Origin: an uncultured Gammaproteobacteria bacterium
GTDB lineage: Bacteria > Patescibacteriota > Microgenomatia > UBA10105 > UBA927
Direction: 5' to 3'
DNA: 64,000 bases
Assembly: GCA_964629685.1 (NCBI GenBank)
Contig: CAZVTT010000001.1
Location: forward strand, 319,796-383,795
Part shown: piece by piece, positions 48,711 through 58,247 of the stretch
How positions within the stretch are numbered: the first letter of the stretch is position 1
How the letters are laid out: every line of letters begins with the position of its first letter
The notes under the pieces: generated by a model
The model's database searches: none
Told to the model about the DNA's origin: nothing
The model's input: only the letters and a program-made list of their open reading frames with translations
Translations under genes and position numbers: made by a program

Positions 48711-49739
48711 TCAGTGCAGTACGATCGGGATACTTATTCCGGCAATCAACAGTATACTGGCAAGTGCAATCAAGAGATAGGTATTGTCCATAATGCCGGT
48801 AACAGGTACAGCACTGGAGGTTGATGTGGATGTGCTGCTTTGAATAATAAATGTGGTACTTGTTGTTTGGCTGGCTCCTGTCGTTGTATCTGTTGCCGTT
48901 ACTACTAACTGATGTGATCCGGTTGTTAGGGCAGTCTGCGGTGTGAAACTCCAGTTTCCGCTGCTGTCTGTCGTAGTCGTTCCCGTTTGCGGAGCAGAGT
49001 AAATTGTTACGGTAATTGTGGCACTCGGTGTGGCTTTTCCCTGAAACGTAGGACGGGTAGTAGTTAAGATACTATCTTTGGTAGGATAGGTTATAAGTAA
49101 TGCCGAACCGGAAGCCGTACCTGTTGGCGTGGGGGTTGGCGTAAGCGTAATTGTTCCGGAAGGATTGGGAGTAGTGGTGGGGGTAGGTGTTCCGGTTCCA
49201 CCTGCTCCTGTGCCTTCGGTGATAGTAACGGTAGCGCCATTTTGACCGCTTAGGGCGTTCGTTGTACCTTCACCAGGACTTCCTACAAACGTGTTCGATG
49301 CGAATCTAATTGAAATCGGTGTATCGGTTTTCTGTAATGCTTTGAACTTAACGGTGGCTACAGTACCTGTTCCTTTAACCGGTTGGGCAGCGCTTGCAGC
49401 ACCTACCGTGATGGATGCGACGCCTTTATCAACAACTCCGGATGCCAGGATGTTGGGGAAAAGCGTCCCATTGGTAATTGTTTCCGCTTCCAGTTTTGTT
49501 TGATCAAACGTGAGATGGATTTCTGCCGCTATGACTTGGTTGTCGCCAGTATCAATTGTGACATCAAATGAAAATTCATCGCCTATTTTTTTAGTGATTT
49601 TTGAAGGAGTAATGGAGAGCACTGTTGCCGGTGCAGCACGTTTCCGCAGTTCGGTATTTCGTTGAACCAGCAATACCGTAGCAGGTATAGCTATTACGAC
49701 TAAAAGAATACTTATGAGCAGGAATAATTTCTTCATCAC
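48711..49739 (-). CDS. surface protein with cohesin-like domain, T/P-rich linker and C-terminal VPVTG + hydrophobic anchor
   Basis: N-terminal TM; cohesin-like beta-sandwich (…FSFDVTIDTGDNQVIAAEIHLTFDQTKLEAETI…GTVATVKFKALQ…); (TPTP)n linker; C-terminal SSAVPVTG-hydrophobic helix. Confidence 0.5.
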   Translation of the reverse strand: MMKKLFLLISILLVVIAIPATVLLVQRNTELRKRAAPATVLSITPSKITKKIGDEFSFDVTIDTGDNQVIAAEIHLTFDQTKLEAETITNGTLFPNILASGVVDKGVASITVGAASAAQPVKGTGTVATVKFKALQKTDTPISIRFASNTFVGSPGEGTTNALSGQNGATVTITEGTGAGGTGTPTPTTTPNPSGTITLTPTPTPTGTASGSALLITYPTKDSILTTTRPTFQGKATPSATITVTIYSAPQTGTTTTDSSGNWSFTPQTALTTGSHQLVVTATDTTTGASQTTSTTFIIQSSTSTSTSSAVPVTGIMDNTYLLIALASILLIAGISIPIVLH

Positions 49740-49796
49740 TATCTATTATGGATAAATACTATCCCGATGACAAGAATATAAATAGAAATGTTACTC

Positions 49797-49833
49797 TTGA
49801 CAGCAGTTAGCACTCATTATATATTACTGCTAA
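49797..49833 (+). promoter_or_regulatory. sigma-70-like -35 box (TTGACA 49797-49802) overlapping a CIRCE-like HrcA operator (TTAGCACTC-N9-TACTGCTAA, 49807-49833)
   Basis: The left CIRCE arm is perfect. The right arm matches 7/9 to GAGTGCTAA. The site lies 13 nt upstream of the hrcA start. Confidence 0.6.
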
Positions 49834-49845
49834 ATATAAATTACT

Positions 49846-50580
49846 ATGATTGACGTTGCAAATCTTACACCCAGACAAATTCAAATCTTGAAAGCAATTG
49901 TTGATGAATATATCAAGACTGCTGAGCCCGTGGGTTCCGAAACCCTTGAGAAGAAGTATAGCTTAAGTGTTTCTCCTGCGACTATTAGGAATGAAATGGT
50001 GCGCTTAACGGAAATGAAATTATTAAATCAACCTCACGCATCGGCTGGAAGAACGCCGACTCCCGATGCCCTTAAGTACTATGTTGATAATCTTATGAAG
50101 CCGAAAGATATGTCTGTAGCGGAAGAAGTAGCCGTAAAAGAAAAAGTGTGGGATTATCGGCAAAAGGCGGATAAATTATTTCGGGAAGCAACACGGATGC
50201 TGGCGGAAAAAACTCATACATTGGCAATTACCGCTACCAATGATGGTGATTTATATTACTCTGGTGCTGCAAATATATTAGAAATGCCTGAATTTTACGA
50301 TTTTGATCTGACACACAACGTATTAGCAGCGTTAGACAGGTCTGATTATTGGTGGGATTTATTAGAAAATCAGGCAGATCCGTTTGCAATTCTACTTGGC
50401 GACCAGATGGGTTCACAGTCCGTGCTTACACAATGTGGTTTTATTTATAGTAAATTTAGTTCACCGAGAATTTCTGGAGCCATTGGCGTAATTGGTCCGA
50501 CCCGATTGAATTATCCTTATATAATCCCGATTGTCAGATACATGGGTAATTTAATAAGTGAGTTTGCACATACATGGTAA
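49846..50580 (+). CDS. hrcA: heat-inducible transcription repressor HrcA (short form)
   Basis: N-terminal winged-helix block LTPRQIQILKAIVDEYIKTAEPVGSETL; sits immediately upstream of grpE-dnaK-dnaJ. Confidence 0.8.
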   Translation: MIDVANLTPRQIQILKAIVDEYIKTAEPVGSETLEKKYSLSVSPATIRNEMVRLTEMKLLNQPHASAGRTPTPDALKYYVDNLMKPKDMSVAEEVAVKEKVWDYRQKADKLFREATRMLAEKTHTLAITATNDGDLYYSGAANILEMPEFYDFDLTHNVLAALDRSDYWWDLLENQADPFAILLGDQMGSQSVLTQCGFIYSKFSSPRISGAIGVIGPTRLNYPYIIPIVRYMGNLISEFAHTW

Positions 50581-50589
50581 TAAGCATTT

Positions 50590-51096
50590 ATGAAAAAACA
50601 GGACTTTGTAAATCCCGATGCTCATCTGGATGGAGAACAAGATCAATCGACGGAAAAAACCAAGAGCATGGTTCAGGAACAGGAAAAGCAGGTCGAGGAG
50701 TGGAAGCAGAAATATTTTAGAGCCTTAGCCGATTATCAAAATCTGGAAAGGCGCGTGCAAGCCGAAAAAACTGAGATTCGTAATTTTGCTGCACAAGTAC
50801 TGATTGAACGATTGTTACCGGTAGTAGATACATTTGAGCGTGCTCAAACACATCTTCACGATTCCGGTTTAGCGTTAGCGCTAAAACAATTCAATGGTGT
50901 GTTAACTGAGAGAGGTTTGGAGCGTATACAGACCATCGGTTTGGATTTTAATCCTCACGAGATGGAATGTGTAGACGTTGTTCCCGGAGAGGATAACGTG
51001 GTGGTAGAGGAATTTACACCAGGTTATCGGTTGAACGGAAAAGTAATCCGAGCTGCTCAGGTAAAAGTCGGGAAATCAGTGAAATCAACTACATAA
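50590..51096 (+). CDS. grpE: nucleotide exchange factor GrpE
   Basis: Coiled-coil N-terminal part (…YLRALADYQNLERR…) and GrpE C-terminal beta domain. Confidence 0.85.
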   Translation: MKKQDFVNPDAHLDGEQDQSTEKTKSMVQEQEKQVEEWKQKYFRALADYQNLERRVQAEKTEIRNFAAQVLIERLLPVVDTFERAQTHLHDSGLALALKQFNGVLTERGLERIQTIGLDFNPHEMECVDVVPGEDNVVVEEFTPGYRLNGKVIRAAQVKVGKSVKSTT

Positions 51097-51111
51097 TTAA
51101 AAGGAGGAACT

Positions 51112-53019
51112 ATGGCAAAGATTATAGGTATAGATTTAGGAACAACGAATTCTTGCGTAGCCGTTATGGAGGGTGGTGCTCCTAAGGTTATTCATTCAGC
51201 AGAAGGTCGCAATGTTATCCCCTCTGTTGTAGATCCCATAAAAAATATTGTAGGTGATGTGGCCAAACGTCAGATGGTTATTAATCCAAAATCTACTATT
51301 TTTTCGGTTAAACGCTTAATGGGTCGGAAAGCCAGCGATCCCTCCGTTGAACGGGATTTAAAGTGGCTACCATACACAGTTAAAGCCGGAAAAAATGATA
51401 TGGCAGTTGTGGAAGTGGAAGGCCGTCAATTTACGCCTCAAGAAATTTCCGCAAAAGTATTGACAAAAATTAAGGCAGATGCTGAGAATTATTTAGGTGA
51501 ACCAGTAAAACAGGCAGTTATAACTGTGCCGGCATACTTTGACGACAGTCAACGGCAGGCAACCAAACAGGCTGGAGAGATTGCTGGGTTGGAGGTACTG
51601 CGGATTATTAATGAACCTACTGCTGCTGCACTATCTTATGGACTGGATAAGAAAAATGCTCACACTATAGCCGTTTATGACCTGGGTGGTGGAACATTCG
51701 ATATTTCCATTCTCGAGTTGGGTGATGGCGTATACGAGGTTAAATCAACGAATGGAGATACTCACCTTGGCGGTGATGATTTTGATAAATCATTGGTAGA
51801 TTATTTAGCGGATGAGTTTAAAAAAGAGCATTCGGTAGATCTCAGGAAAGACCCACAAGCGCTTCAACGGCTTCGTGATGCAGCAGAAAAGGCTAAAATT
51901 GAACTATCTTCCTCCATGGAGGCAGAGGTTAATTTACCGTTTATTACGCAAGGGAAAGATGGACCGTTACATTTGGTCATGAAGATTACCCGAGCGAAGT
52001 TTGAAGGGATAGTCGATGAGTTGATTCAAAAAACCATCGAACCGGTTAAGAAATGCCTTAAAGATGCGGGTATTACTGCAAAAGAAGTGGATGAAGTGGT
52101 AATGGTCGGTGGTATGACGCGCATGCCGAAAGTAACCGAAGTCGTTAAGAATTTTTTTGGGAAGGATCCGAATAAATCCGTAAACCCTGACGAAGTTGTC
52201 GCTGTCGGCGCTGCAGTTCAGGGAGGAGTACTGGCAGGAGATGTTAAGGATGTCGTTTTGTTAGATGTTACACCGCTTACTTTAGGTGTCGAAACTTTGG
52301 GTTCTGTCTCTACGCCACTTATACCAAGGAATACGACAATTCCGACCAGTAAAAGTGAAGTGTTTTCAACGGCTGCCGATAGTCAAACGTCCGTGGAAAT
52401 ACATGTGTTACAGGGAGAACGGCCGATGGCGTCAGATAATAAGTCTTTAGGGAGGTTTGTATTGTCGGGAATTCCGCCGGCTCCCCGTGGAGTCCCACAA
52501 ATTGAGGTAACTTTCGATATAGATGCGTCTGGGATTCTGAATGTTACTGCTAAGGATAAGGCTAGCGGGAAGGCTGCGAACATTAAAATAACCGGCTCCA
52601 CCGGTTTATCAAAGGACGAAATAGAAAAAATGCGGAAAGAGGCAGAAGAAAATGCTGCCGCTGATTCCGAGAAGAAAGAACGGATTGAAGTAAGAAACAA
52701 AGCAGACAACATGCTGTATGTAGCCGAAAAAACGTTGAAGGACGCCGGTGAAAAGGTAAAACCTGAAGATAAATCATCCGTTGAGGAGAAAATAAAAGCA
52801 TTAAAAGATATTCTGGAGTCAGGTTCAAAAACCGATTTAGAAGCGAAAACCAATGAGTTATCAGATGCAGTTCAGAAGGTTGGAGCCGGTATGTATCAGC
52901 AAGATGCATCGAATCAGACACCAAATGCAGACCCTCAATCTGCAGACACTAAAGAAACGGATTCAACCGAAGACAAAAAAGATGATAAGAAGGTGGAAGA
53001 AGGGGAAGTTGTAAGTTAA
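51112..53019 (+). CDS. dnaK: molecular chaperone DnaK (Hsp70)
   Basis: [18 protein letters not shown], and an acidic C-terminal tail ending EEGEVVS. Confidence 0.95.
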   Translation: MAKIIGIDLGTTNSCVAVMEGGAPKVIHSAEGRNVIPSVVDPIKNIVGDVAKRQMVINPKSTIFSVKRLMGRKASDPSVERDLKWLPYTVKAGKNDMAVVEVEGRQFTPQEISAKVLTKIKADAENYLGEPVKQAVITVPAYFDDSQRQATKQAGEIAGLEVLRIINEPTAAALSYGLDKKNAHTIAVYDLGGGTFDISILELGDGVYEVKSTNGDTHLGGDDFDKSLVDYLADEFKKEHSVDLRKDPQALQRLRDAAEKAKIELSSSMEAEVNLPFITQGKDGPLHLVMKITRAKFEGIVDELIQKTIEPVKKCLKDAGITAKEVDEVVMVGGMTRMPKVTEVVKNFFGKDPNKSVNPDEVVAVGAAVQGGVLAGDVKDVVLLDVTPLTLGVETLGSVSTPLIPRNTTIPTSKSEVFSTAADSQTSVEIHVLQGERPMASDNKSLGRFVLSGIPPAPRGVPQIEVTFDIDASGILNVTAKDKASGKAANIKITGSTGLSKDEIEKMRKEAEENAAADSEKKERIEVRNKADNMLYVAEKTLKDAGEKVKPEDKSSVEEKIKALKDILESGSKTDLEAKTNELSDAVQKVGAGMYQQDASNQTPNADPQSADTKETDSTEDKKDDKKVEEGEVVS

Positions 53020-53046
53020 TTCCCCCGCTAAGTTTAATGCAGGAAG

Positions 53047-53066
53047 CGGCCCATTAGGGCCGTTTT
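53047..53066 (+). terminator. rho-independent terminator/attenuator between dnaK and dnaJ
   Basis: cggccc-atta-gggccg stem-loop followed by tttt. Confidence 0.5.
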
Positions 53067-53078
53067 CTCAGTATAGTT

Positions 53079-53963
53079 ATGGCTGAAAAACGTGATTTCT
53101 ATGAAGTTTTAGGTGTCTCTAAGACTGCCAGTGCAGAAGAATTAAAAAAGGCTTATCGGAAGCTGGCTTTGGAATGGCATCCTGACAGAAACAAGTCTGA
53201 AGAGGCTTCAGGAAAGTTTAAAGAAATTAATGAAGCATACGAAGTGTTGTCTGACACGAATAAAAGAGCTGCTTATGACCAGTTTGGTCATACCGCTTTT
53301 CAAAATGGAGCCGGGGGAGGTAATCAGGGTCCATTTGGTAATGCATATAGACAGGGACCTTTTTCGTATTCATACTACGGCGGAAATCAGGGGCAGAATC
53401 CTTTCGATAGCTTTGATTTTTCGGATCCCTTTGATATTTTTGAACAGTTTTTCGGAGGCGGATTTAATAGAAATCAGCGAGCACGACGTCAACTTTATCA
53501 AATTTCAATTGATTTTCAGGAAGCGGTTAAAGGTACGACCAAAGAGATTCATTTACCAAAAGGACAGGCAGGTGAAGGCAGTGTCGTAAAAACAATTCGT
53601 ATTCCTGCCGGAGTAGACACAGGCTCACGGATTCGTTTCGAGGATTTTGAGATTGTGCTGGAAGTGCGTCCTGATGACCGTTTTAAGCGTGAAGGTGACG
53701 ATTTAATTCTGGATCAGGAAATTACGTTTTCCCAGGCAGCATTGGGGACAGTGTTGGAAGTACCTACTGTCGAAGGTTCAGTGAGCATCCGTGTCCAGCC
53801 GGGAACACAGCCTGGGACAATGATCAGACTTAAAGGAAAAGGTGTAGCCCACGTTCGCGGAGGTGGAAAGGGTGATGAATACGTGCGTATATTGATTAAA
53901 ATTCCCACAAAACTTAACAGAAGACAAAAAGAGCTTCTGGAAGAACTGCAATCGTTGCAATAA
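53079..53963 (+). CDS. dnaJ: DnaJ-class co-chaperone lacking the Zn-finger domain (type II, CbpA-like)
   Basis: J domain with HPD (…EWHPDRNK…), G/F-rich region and two C-terminal beta-sandwich domains. No CxxCxGxG repeats. Confidence 0.8.
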   Translation: MAEKRDFYEVLGVSKTASAEELKKAYRKLALEWHPDRNKSEEASGKFKEINEAYEVLSDTNKRAAYDQFGHTAFQNGAGGGNQGPFGNAYRQGPFSYSYYGGNQGQNPFDSFDFSDPFDIFEQFFGGGFNRNQRARRQLYQISIDFQEAVKGTTKEIHLPKGQAGEGSVVKTIRIPAGVDTGSRIRFEDFEIVLEVRPDDRFKREGDDLILDQEITFSQAALGTVLEVPTVEGSVSIRVQPGTQPGTMIRLKGKGVAHVRGGGKGDEYVRILIKIPTKLNRRQKELLEELQSLQ

Positions 53964-53977
53964 CTGTGCGGGTTAGA

Positions 53978-54005
53978 TTGACTGATCTTAAATTCGTGCT
54001 ATACT
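53978..54005 (+). promoter_or_regulatory. candidate sigma-70 promoter for nusA-infB (TTGACT-16 nt-TATACT)
   Basis: -35 at 53978-53983, -10 at 54000-54005, ~35 nt upstream of the nusA ORF. Confidence 0.35.
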
Positions 54006-54038
54006 ATGGAAGGTGTTTTGGAGAGGAGAGGTGGGTAA

Positions 54039-55121
54039 GTGCCCGCCTTTTTTAATACTATGCCAGCAATTGTACGAAGTGAATTTTCATTAGCATTAAA
54101 TCAAGTAGCCACGGAGCGGGGTATTGATCCCAATGTGGTTATGGAAACAATTAAAGCTGCCATTGTGGCTGCATATCGGAAAGATTATGGTGCAGATGAG
54201 ATCGAAACAATTACTGTTGATTTGAACCCGGATACCGGTGAAGCGCGTCTATTAAGGGATAATAAAGATATTACCCCTCCGGGTTTTGGACGTATCGCAG
54301 CTCAAACAGCCAAGCAAGTAATTCTTCAACGTATCAGAGAAGCTGAGAAACAGGCAGTCTTAGCAGATTATCAGACAAAGGTAGGAAATATTATTTCGGG
54401 TATGGTTTTGAGATTTGACGGTCCCAATATTGTTATAGATATTGGGCGAGCTCAGGCTGTAATGCCTACTCAGGAGCAGAGTGCGGGAGAACGGTATCAT
54501 CTGAATCAGCGTTTGACGTTCTATATAGAAGGTATTCGTGAAACGATGCGTGGCAGTGAAATAATCGTTTCCCGAGCTCATAAGGGTTTAGTTGAAGGGT
54601 TATTTCGTCGGGAAGTTCCCGAGGTAGCTCAGGGAGCAGTAGAACTTAGAATAGTAGCCCGTGAAGCAGGTGGTAGAACTAAAGTGGCCGTTTATTCAAA
54701 CCAATCTGGGGTTGATCCGGTTGGCTCTTGTGTCGGGCAAAAAGGAGTTCGGGTTCAAGCAGTCATTAATGAATTAGGTGGAAGCGAAAAAGTAGATATT
54801 ATTCAGTGGAGTGATGACCAGCGTCAATTTATTATGGCGGCTTTAGCACCTGCAAAAGATGTTGAAGTAACTCTTGATGAAGAGCGGAAGACAGCAGAAG
54901 TACTGGTGCCAGATGATCAACTGTCTCTTGCAATCGGTAGAGACGGTCAAAACGTTCGCTTAGCTGCAAAACTTACCGGATGGAAAATTGATATTCGAGG
55001 TAAAGGTCAACCAGTAGCTTCGGAACAACCGGCAGAATCACTAGAAGTAAAAGCAGAAGTTTCAAGTACGGAAGTATCAGAGCAACCGGTGTCTGAGCCA
55101 GAGCCTAAGGTTAAAGAATAG
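54039..55121 (+). CDS. nusA: transcription termination/antitermination factor NusA
   Basis: N-terminal domain, S1 and two KH domains (…GVDPVGSCVGQKGVRVQAV…GRDGQNVRLAAKLTGW…). The true start may be the internal Met at codon 8. Confidence 0.9.
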   Translation: MPAFFNTMPAIVRSEFSLALNQVATERGIDPNVVMETIKAAIVAAYRKDYGADEIETITVDLNPDTGEARLLRDNKDITPPGFGRIAAQTAKQVILQRIREAEKQAVLADYQTKVGNIISGMVLRFDGPNIVIDIGRAQAVMPTQEQSAGERYHLNQRLTFYIEGIRETMRGSEIIVSRAHKGLVEGLFRREVPEVAQGAVELRIVAREAGGRTKVAVYSNQSGVDPVGSCVGQKGVRVQAVINELGGSEKVDIIQWSDDQRQFIMAALAPAKDVEVTLDEERKTAEVLVPDDQLSLAIGRDGQNVRLAAKLTGWKIDIRGKGQPVASEQPAESLEVKAEVSSTEVSEQPVSEPEPKVKE

Positions 55122-55136
55122 GTATGAGACAGGCAG

Positions 55137-56645
55137 TTGCCCAAGAATTATATGACCAAAGCTACAACACAACAGATTTCTACTGTGCGTCCGCCCATTG
55201 TTGCCGTGCTTGGTCATGTGGATCACGGAAAAACTTCCTTGCTTGATAGTATCCGTAAGTCTGCAGTTGCCGCCCGGGAACACGGGGGAATTACCCAGCA
55301 TATAGGTGCGTATCAAATATCATTTACTCCAAAACAGGCTAAAAAAACAGCTCAGCTTATTACGTTTATAGATACTCCCGGACATGAAGCATTTATAAAG
55401 ATGCGGTCCCGAGGTGCTCAGGTTGCTGATATCGCCATTTTAGTAGTAGCTGCGGATGATAGTGTTATGCCGCAAACTAAAGAGTCCATAGAGCAGATTC
55501 GCAAGGCAGGAATTCCGCTCATAGTAGCGCTAAATAAAGTTGACCTTCCAACTGCGAACCCTCAAAAAGTAAAACAGGATTTGGCCAAAGTCGGTATTCA
55601 AGTCGAAGGGTTCGGCGGTGACACACCTATAGTAGCCGTATCTGCTAAAAATGGTACGGGTATTTCAGACCTGCTAGATATGATTCTGCTTGTGTGGGAA
55701 ATGAATGAAAAACCGGTATCTACCCAAACGGCTATTAGTGCTCCCGTTATTGAAACGCGATTAGATAAAGGTAAAGGCATGGTAGCTACCGTGGTTGTCC
55801 ATACTGGTACCATTAAAAACGGAACTTTGTTATTTGAAGGTGTGACGCAGGTAGCAAAGGTACGGGCGATGTTCGATGAATATGGAAAAATGGTAAAGGA
55901 AGCATTACCCAGTAGACCGGTGGAAATATTGGGTTTTACCAGGTTACCCGAGGTAGGTACCGTACTCCGGGATACACAGGTCGAACCTGAAGTAAAGATT
56001 TCGTTAAGTGCTCAGATAAGTAAGGAACCTTGGATTCCGGATTTTCTTAAACCCGTTTCCGAACAAGAAAAGCCAAAATTGTCAGTTATGCTTAAAGCAG
56101 ATACCGCAGGTTCACTGGAAGCGATTACAGAATCACTTGATGAACGGATAAATGTCGTTTCCCAGGGAGTTGGGGACATTACGGAAGCGGATATCCTTGA
56201 GGCAAAGGCCCACCATGCGTTCGTGATCGGATTTAATATCAGTGTGAAGCCTACAGTCGAAAAATTGGCTCAGGCTGAAAAAGTCATATTCCGTACATAC
56301 ACAATAATTTACGAGCTATTGGAAGAAATGGCAGAGGTTGTGGCGGGAATGAAAGAAGTGATTACGCATGAGCGTGAACTGGGACAGGGACGAATTGTGG
56401 CGGAGTTTCCGTTTGATAAACAACGCGTTGCCGGAACAAAAGTTACTGTAGGACGGATTGCCAGGGGCGATCAGGTGAGAATTATGCGAGGCGAAACGGA
56501 AATAGGTCGTGCAAAAGTTAAAACTATTCGCCATGGCCGGGAGGAAGTCACCAAAATTGAAATGGGTGGTGAATGCGGTATTCTCTTTGATCGTAAGGTT
56601 GATTTTCAGCTAGATGATGATATAATTGCCTTCACACTCTCATAA
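55137..56645 (+). CDS. infB: translation initiation factor IF-2 (short form beginning at the G domain)
   Basis: GHVDHGKTSLLD, DTPGHEAF, NKVD; domain II-IV follow. Confidence 0.9.
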   Translation: MPKNYMTKATTQQISTVRPPIVAVLGHVDHGKTSLLDSIRKSAVAAREHGGITQHIGAYQISFTPKQAKKTAQLITFIDTPGHEAFIKMRSRGAQVADIAILVVAADDSVMPQTKESIEQIRKAGIPLIVALNKVDLPTANPQKVKQDLAKVGIQVEGFGGDTPIVAVSAKNGTGISDLLDMILLVWEMNEKPVSTQTAISAPVIETRLDKGKGMVATVVVHTGTIKNGTLLFEGVTQVAKVRAMFDEYGKMVKEALPSRPVEILGFTRLPEVGTVLRDTQVEPEVKISLSAQISKEPWIPDFLKPVSEQEKPKLSVMLKADTAGSLEAITESLDERINVVSQGVGDITEADILEAKAHHAFVIGFNISVKPTVEKLAQAEKVIFRTYTIIYELLEEMAEVVAGMKEVITHERELGQGRIVAEFPFDKQRVAGTKVTVGRIARGDQVRIMRGETEIGRAKVKTIRHGREEVTKIEMGGECGILFDRKVDFQLDDDIIAFTLS

Positions 56646-56695
56646 TTATAGGATATTGAGTGTTCTACAGACTCACTGCCGGGTGCTGAAATATT

Positions 56696-57583
56696 ATGGA
56701 TTTTTCAACAGATATAAATAAATTAAAAGAGCATCTTGATAAGGCTAAAGACGTATTAATCGTGACGCATGAACGCCCCACGTTTGATAGTATCGGCAGT
56801 GCATTGTCTCTCTATACCGTATTAATGGAAATGGGTAAAAAAGTGACTATAGCATGTCCTGATCCGATTACAGTAGAGCTTTCAAGTTTTGTAGGTGCAA
56901 ACAAAGTAGTAACGGAAGTATCCAAGAAAAACTTCATAATTTCGCTCGATTATCTGGAAGGTTCAATTGAAAAAGTTAGCTATAATATCGAGGGGAATAA
57001 ATTTAACTTGGTTATTGAGCCCCGCGAAGGATTCGATTCATTCTCGCAGGACAAAGTACAGTATTCTCACGCAGGAACAAGCGCAGATGTAATTATTGCG
57101 GTAGATACCATACACCTGGGTGGTTTAAAAAAACTATACGAAGCAGATAAAGAGTTGTATGCGAGTAAGCCGGTCATAAATATTGACAGACATCCCAATA
57201 ACGTTCATTTTGGTCAAATAAATATTGTCGATCCGCAGGCATCTACAACCACGGAAATTGTCGGACAAATTATAAAAGGGCTAGGTGTTACCATGTCCGA
57301 GGATGTAGCGACGAATATGTATAATGCCGTATTCGCCGGAACAAATAATTTTACAAACGGAAATACAACAGCAGCTGCATTTGAACTGGCAGCACTTTGT
57401 GTACGGTCCGGCGGGAAACGGTTTAAAAAGGGAACTGTGAGTGAAGAGCTGCCTAAAGTAGAAGTAGCCACATCAGAACCAACCCAACCGGCTCAAGAGA
57501 TTCAACCAAAACCAACTAAACCGCAGGAAGCGCCGGCAGATTGGTTGAAACCAAAGATTTTTAAGAGTTCTAACCTGCTTTAA
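56696..57583 (+). CDS. DHH-family phosphoesterase (NrnA-like oligoribonuclease/pAp phosphatase)
   Basis: DHH-family motifs in order (…VTHERPTFDSIGS…, DT…, IDRHPNN); conserved position after infB. Confidence 0.65.
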   Translation: MDFSTDINKLKEHLDKAKDVLIVTHERPTFDSIGSALSLYTVLMEMGKKVTIACPDPITVELSSFVGANKVVTEVSKKNFIISLDYLEGSIEKVSYNIEGNKFNLVIEPREGFDSFSQDKVQYSHAGTSADVIIAVDTIHLGGLKKLYEADKELYASKPVINIDRHPNNVHFGQINIVDPQASTTTEIVGQIIKGLGVTMSEDVATNMYNAVFAGTNNFTNGNTTAAAFELAALCVRSGGKRFKKGTVSEELPKVEVATSEPTQPAQEIQPKPTKPQEAPADWLKPKIFKSSNLL

Positions 57584-57714
57584 GAGGTGCCGAAAGTACG
57601 GTAAAACAGGGAGTTTGGGGTATTTCCGGTCACTGTATGGGCTTGTCTTCCCCCGGCAAATCGTGTACAATTAAGCCCTCAGGACAGGTAATTGTCTAAG
57701 GAGTAAGAGAATTT

Positions 57715-58122
57715 ATGGCAAAAGCAACCAAAAAAACAGAAAAAACCGCTGCAGCACCTAAGACGGCAGCTCCTGCAGAAAAAGCAGAAAAGAAAGAAAA
57801 AGTTAAGAAAGCTAAAACCACTAAAAAAACAGTAGTTGCTGAAGTAGCGGCTGCAAAACCACCGAGCGAAGATAAGCAAGCTATTATTGCTCAATTTCAG
57901 GTGAAGCAAGGTGATACCGGAAGCCCTGAGGTGCAGGTAGCTTTGCTGAGTTCACGTATTGAGAAATTGATTTCCCATCTAAAGCTTAATCCGGCAGACA
58001 ATCATTCACGTCGTGGATTATTGGGAATAGTCAGTAAACGACGTCGTTTACTGAATTATTTAGAAAAAAAAGATGCCGCCCGGTATCAGGAAATAGCTGG
58101 AAAACTCGGTTTGGCAAAGTAA
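57715..58122 (+). CDS. rpsO: 30S ribosomal protein S15 with ~55-aa Lys/Ala-rich N-terminal extension
   Basis: C-terminal 80 aa are canonical S15 (…[51 protein letters not shown]…). The N-terminal extension is a KA-rich, histone-H1-like stretch ([22 protein letters not shown]). Confidence 0.9.
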   Translation: MAKATKKTEKTAAAPKTAAPAEKAEKKEKVKKAKTTKKTVVAEVAAAKPPSEDKQAIIAQFQVKQGDTGSPEVQVALLSSRIEKLISHLKLNPADNHSRRGLLGIVSKRRRLLNYLEKKDAARYQEIAGKLGLAK

Positions 58123-58247
58123 CCGCTGCCAGTGTACAATATTAACTAACCGAAGGAGTTGGGGAACTGGGATTGTGAAGTTAGAGTGTAGAATAGAATC
58201 TTCTACTTTCTCACTTCATAATCACTCCTCGTTTCCCCGTAATTTAT

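Noticed and set aside
47244-49739. Cellulosome-like cohesin-dockerin pair
   Set aside because: No dockerin calcium-binding repeat is visible in the adjacent glycoside hydrolase or neighbouring proteins.
55137-56645. IF-2 appearing truncated (502 aa)
   Set aside because: It begins cleanly at the G domain with a good RBS context after nusA. Short IF-2 forms lacking the N-terminal region are common in reduced genomes, so this is not treated as a pseudogene.
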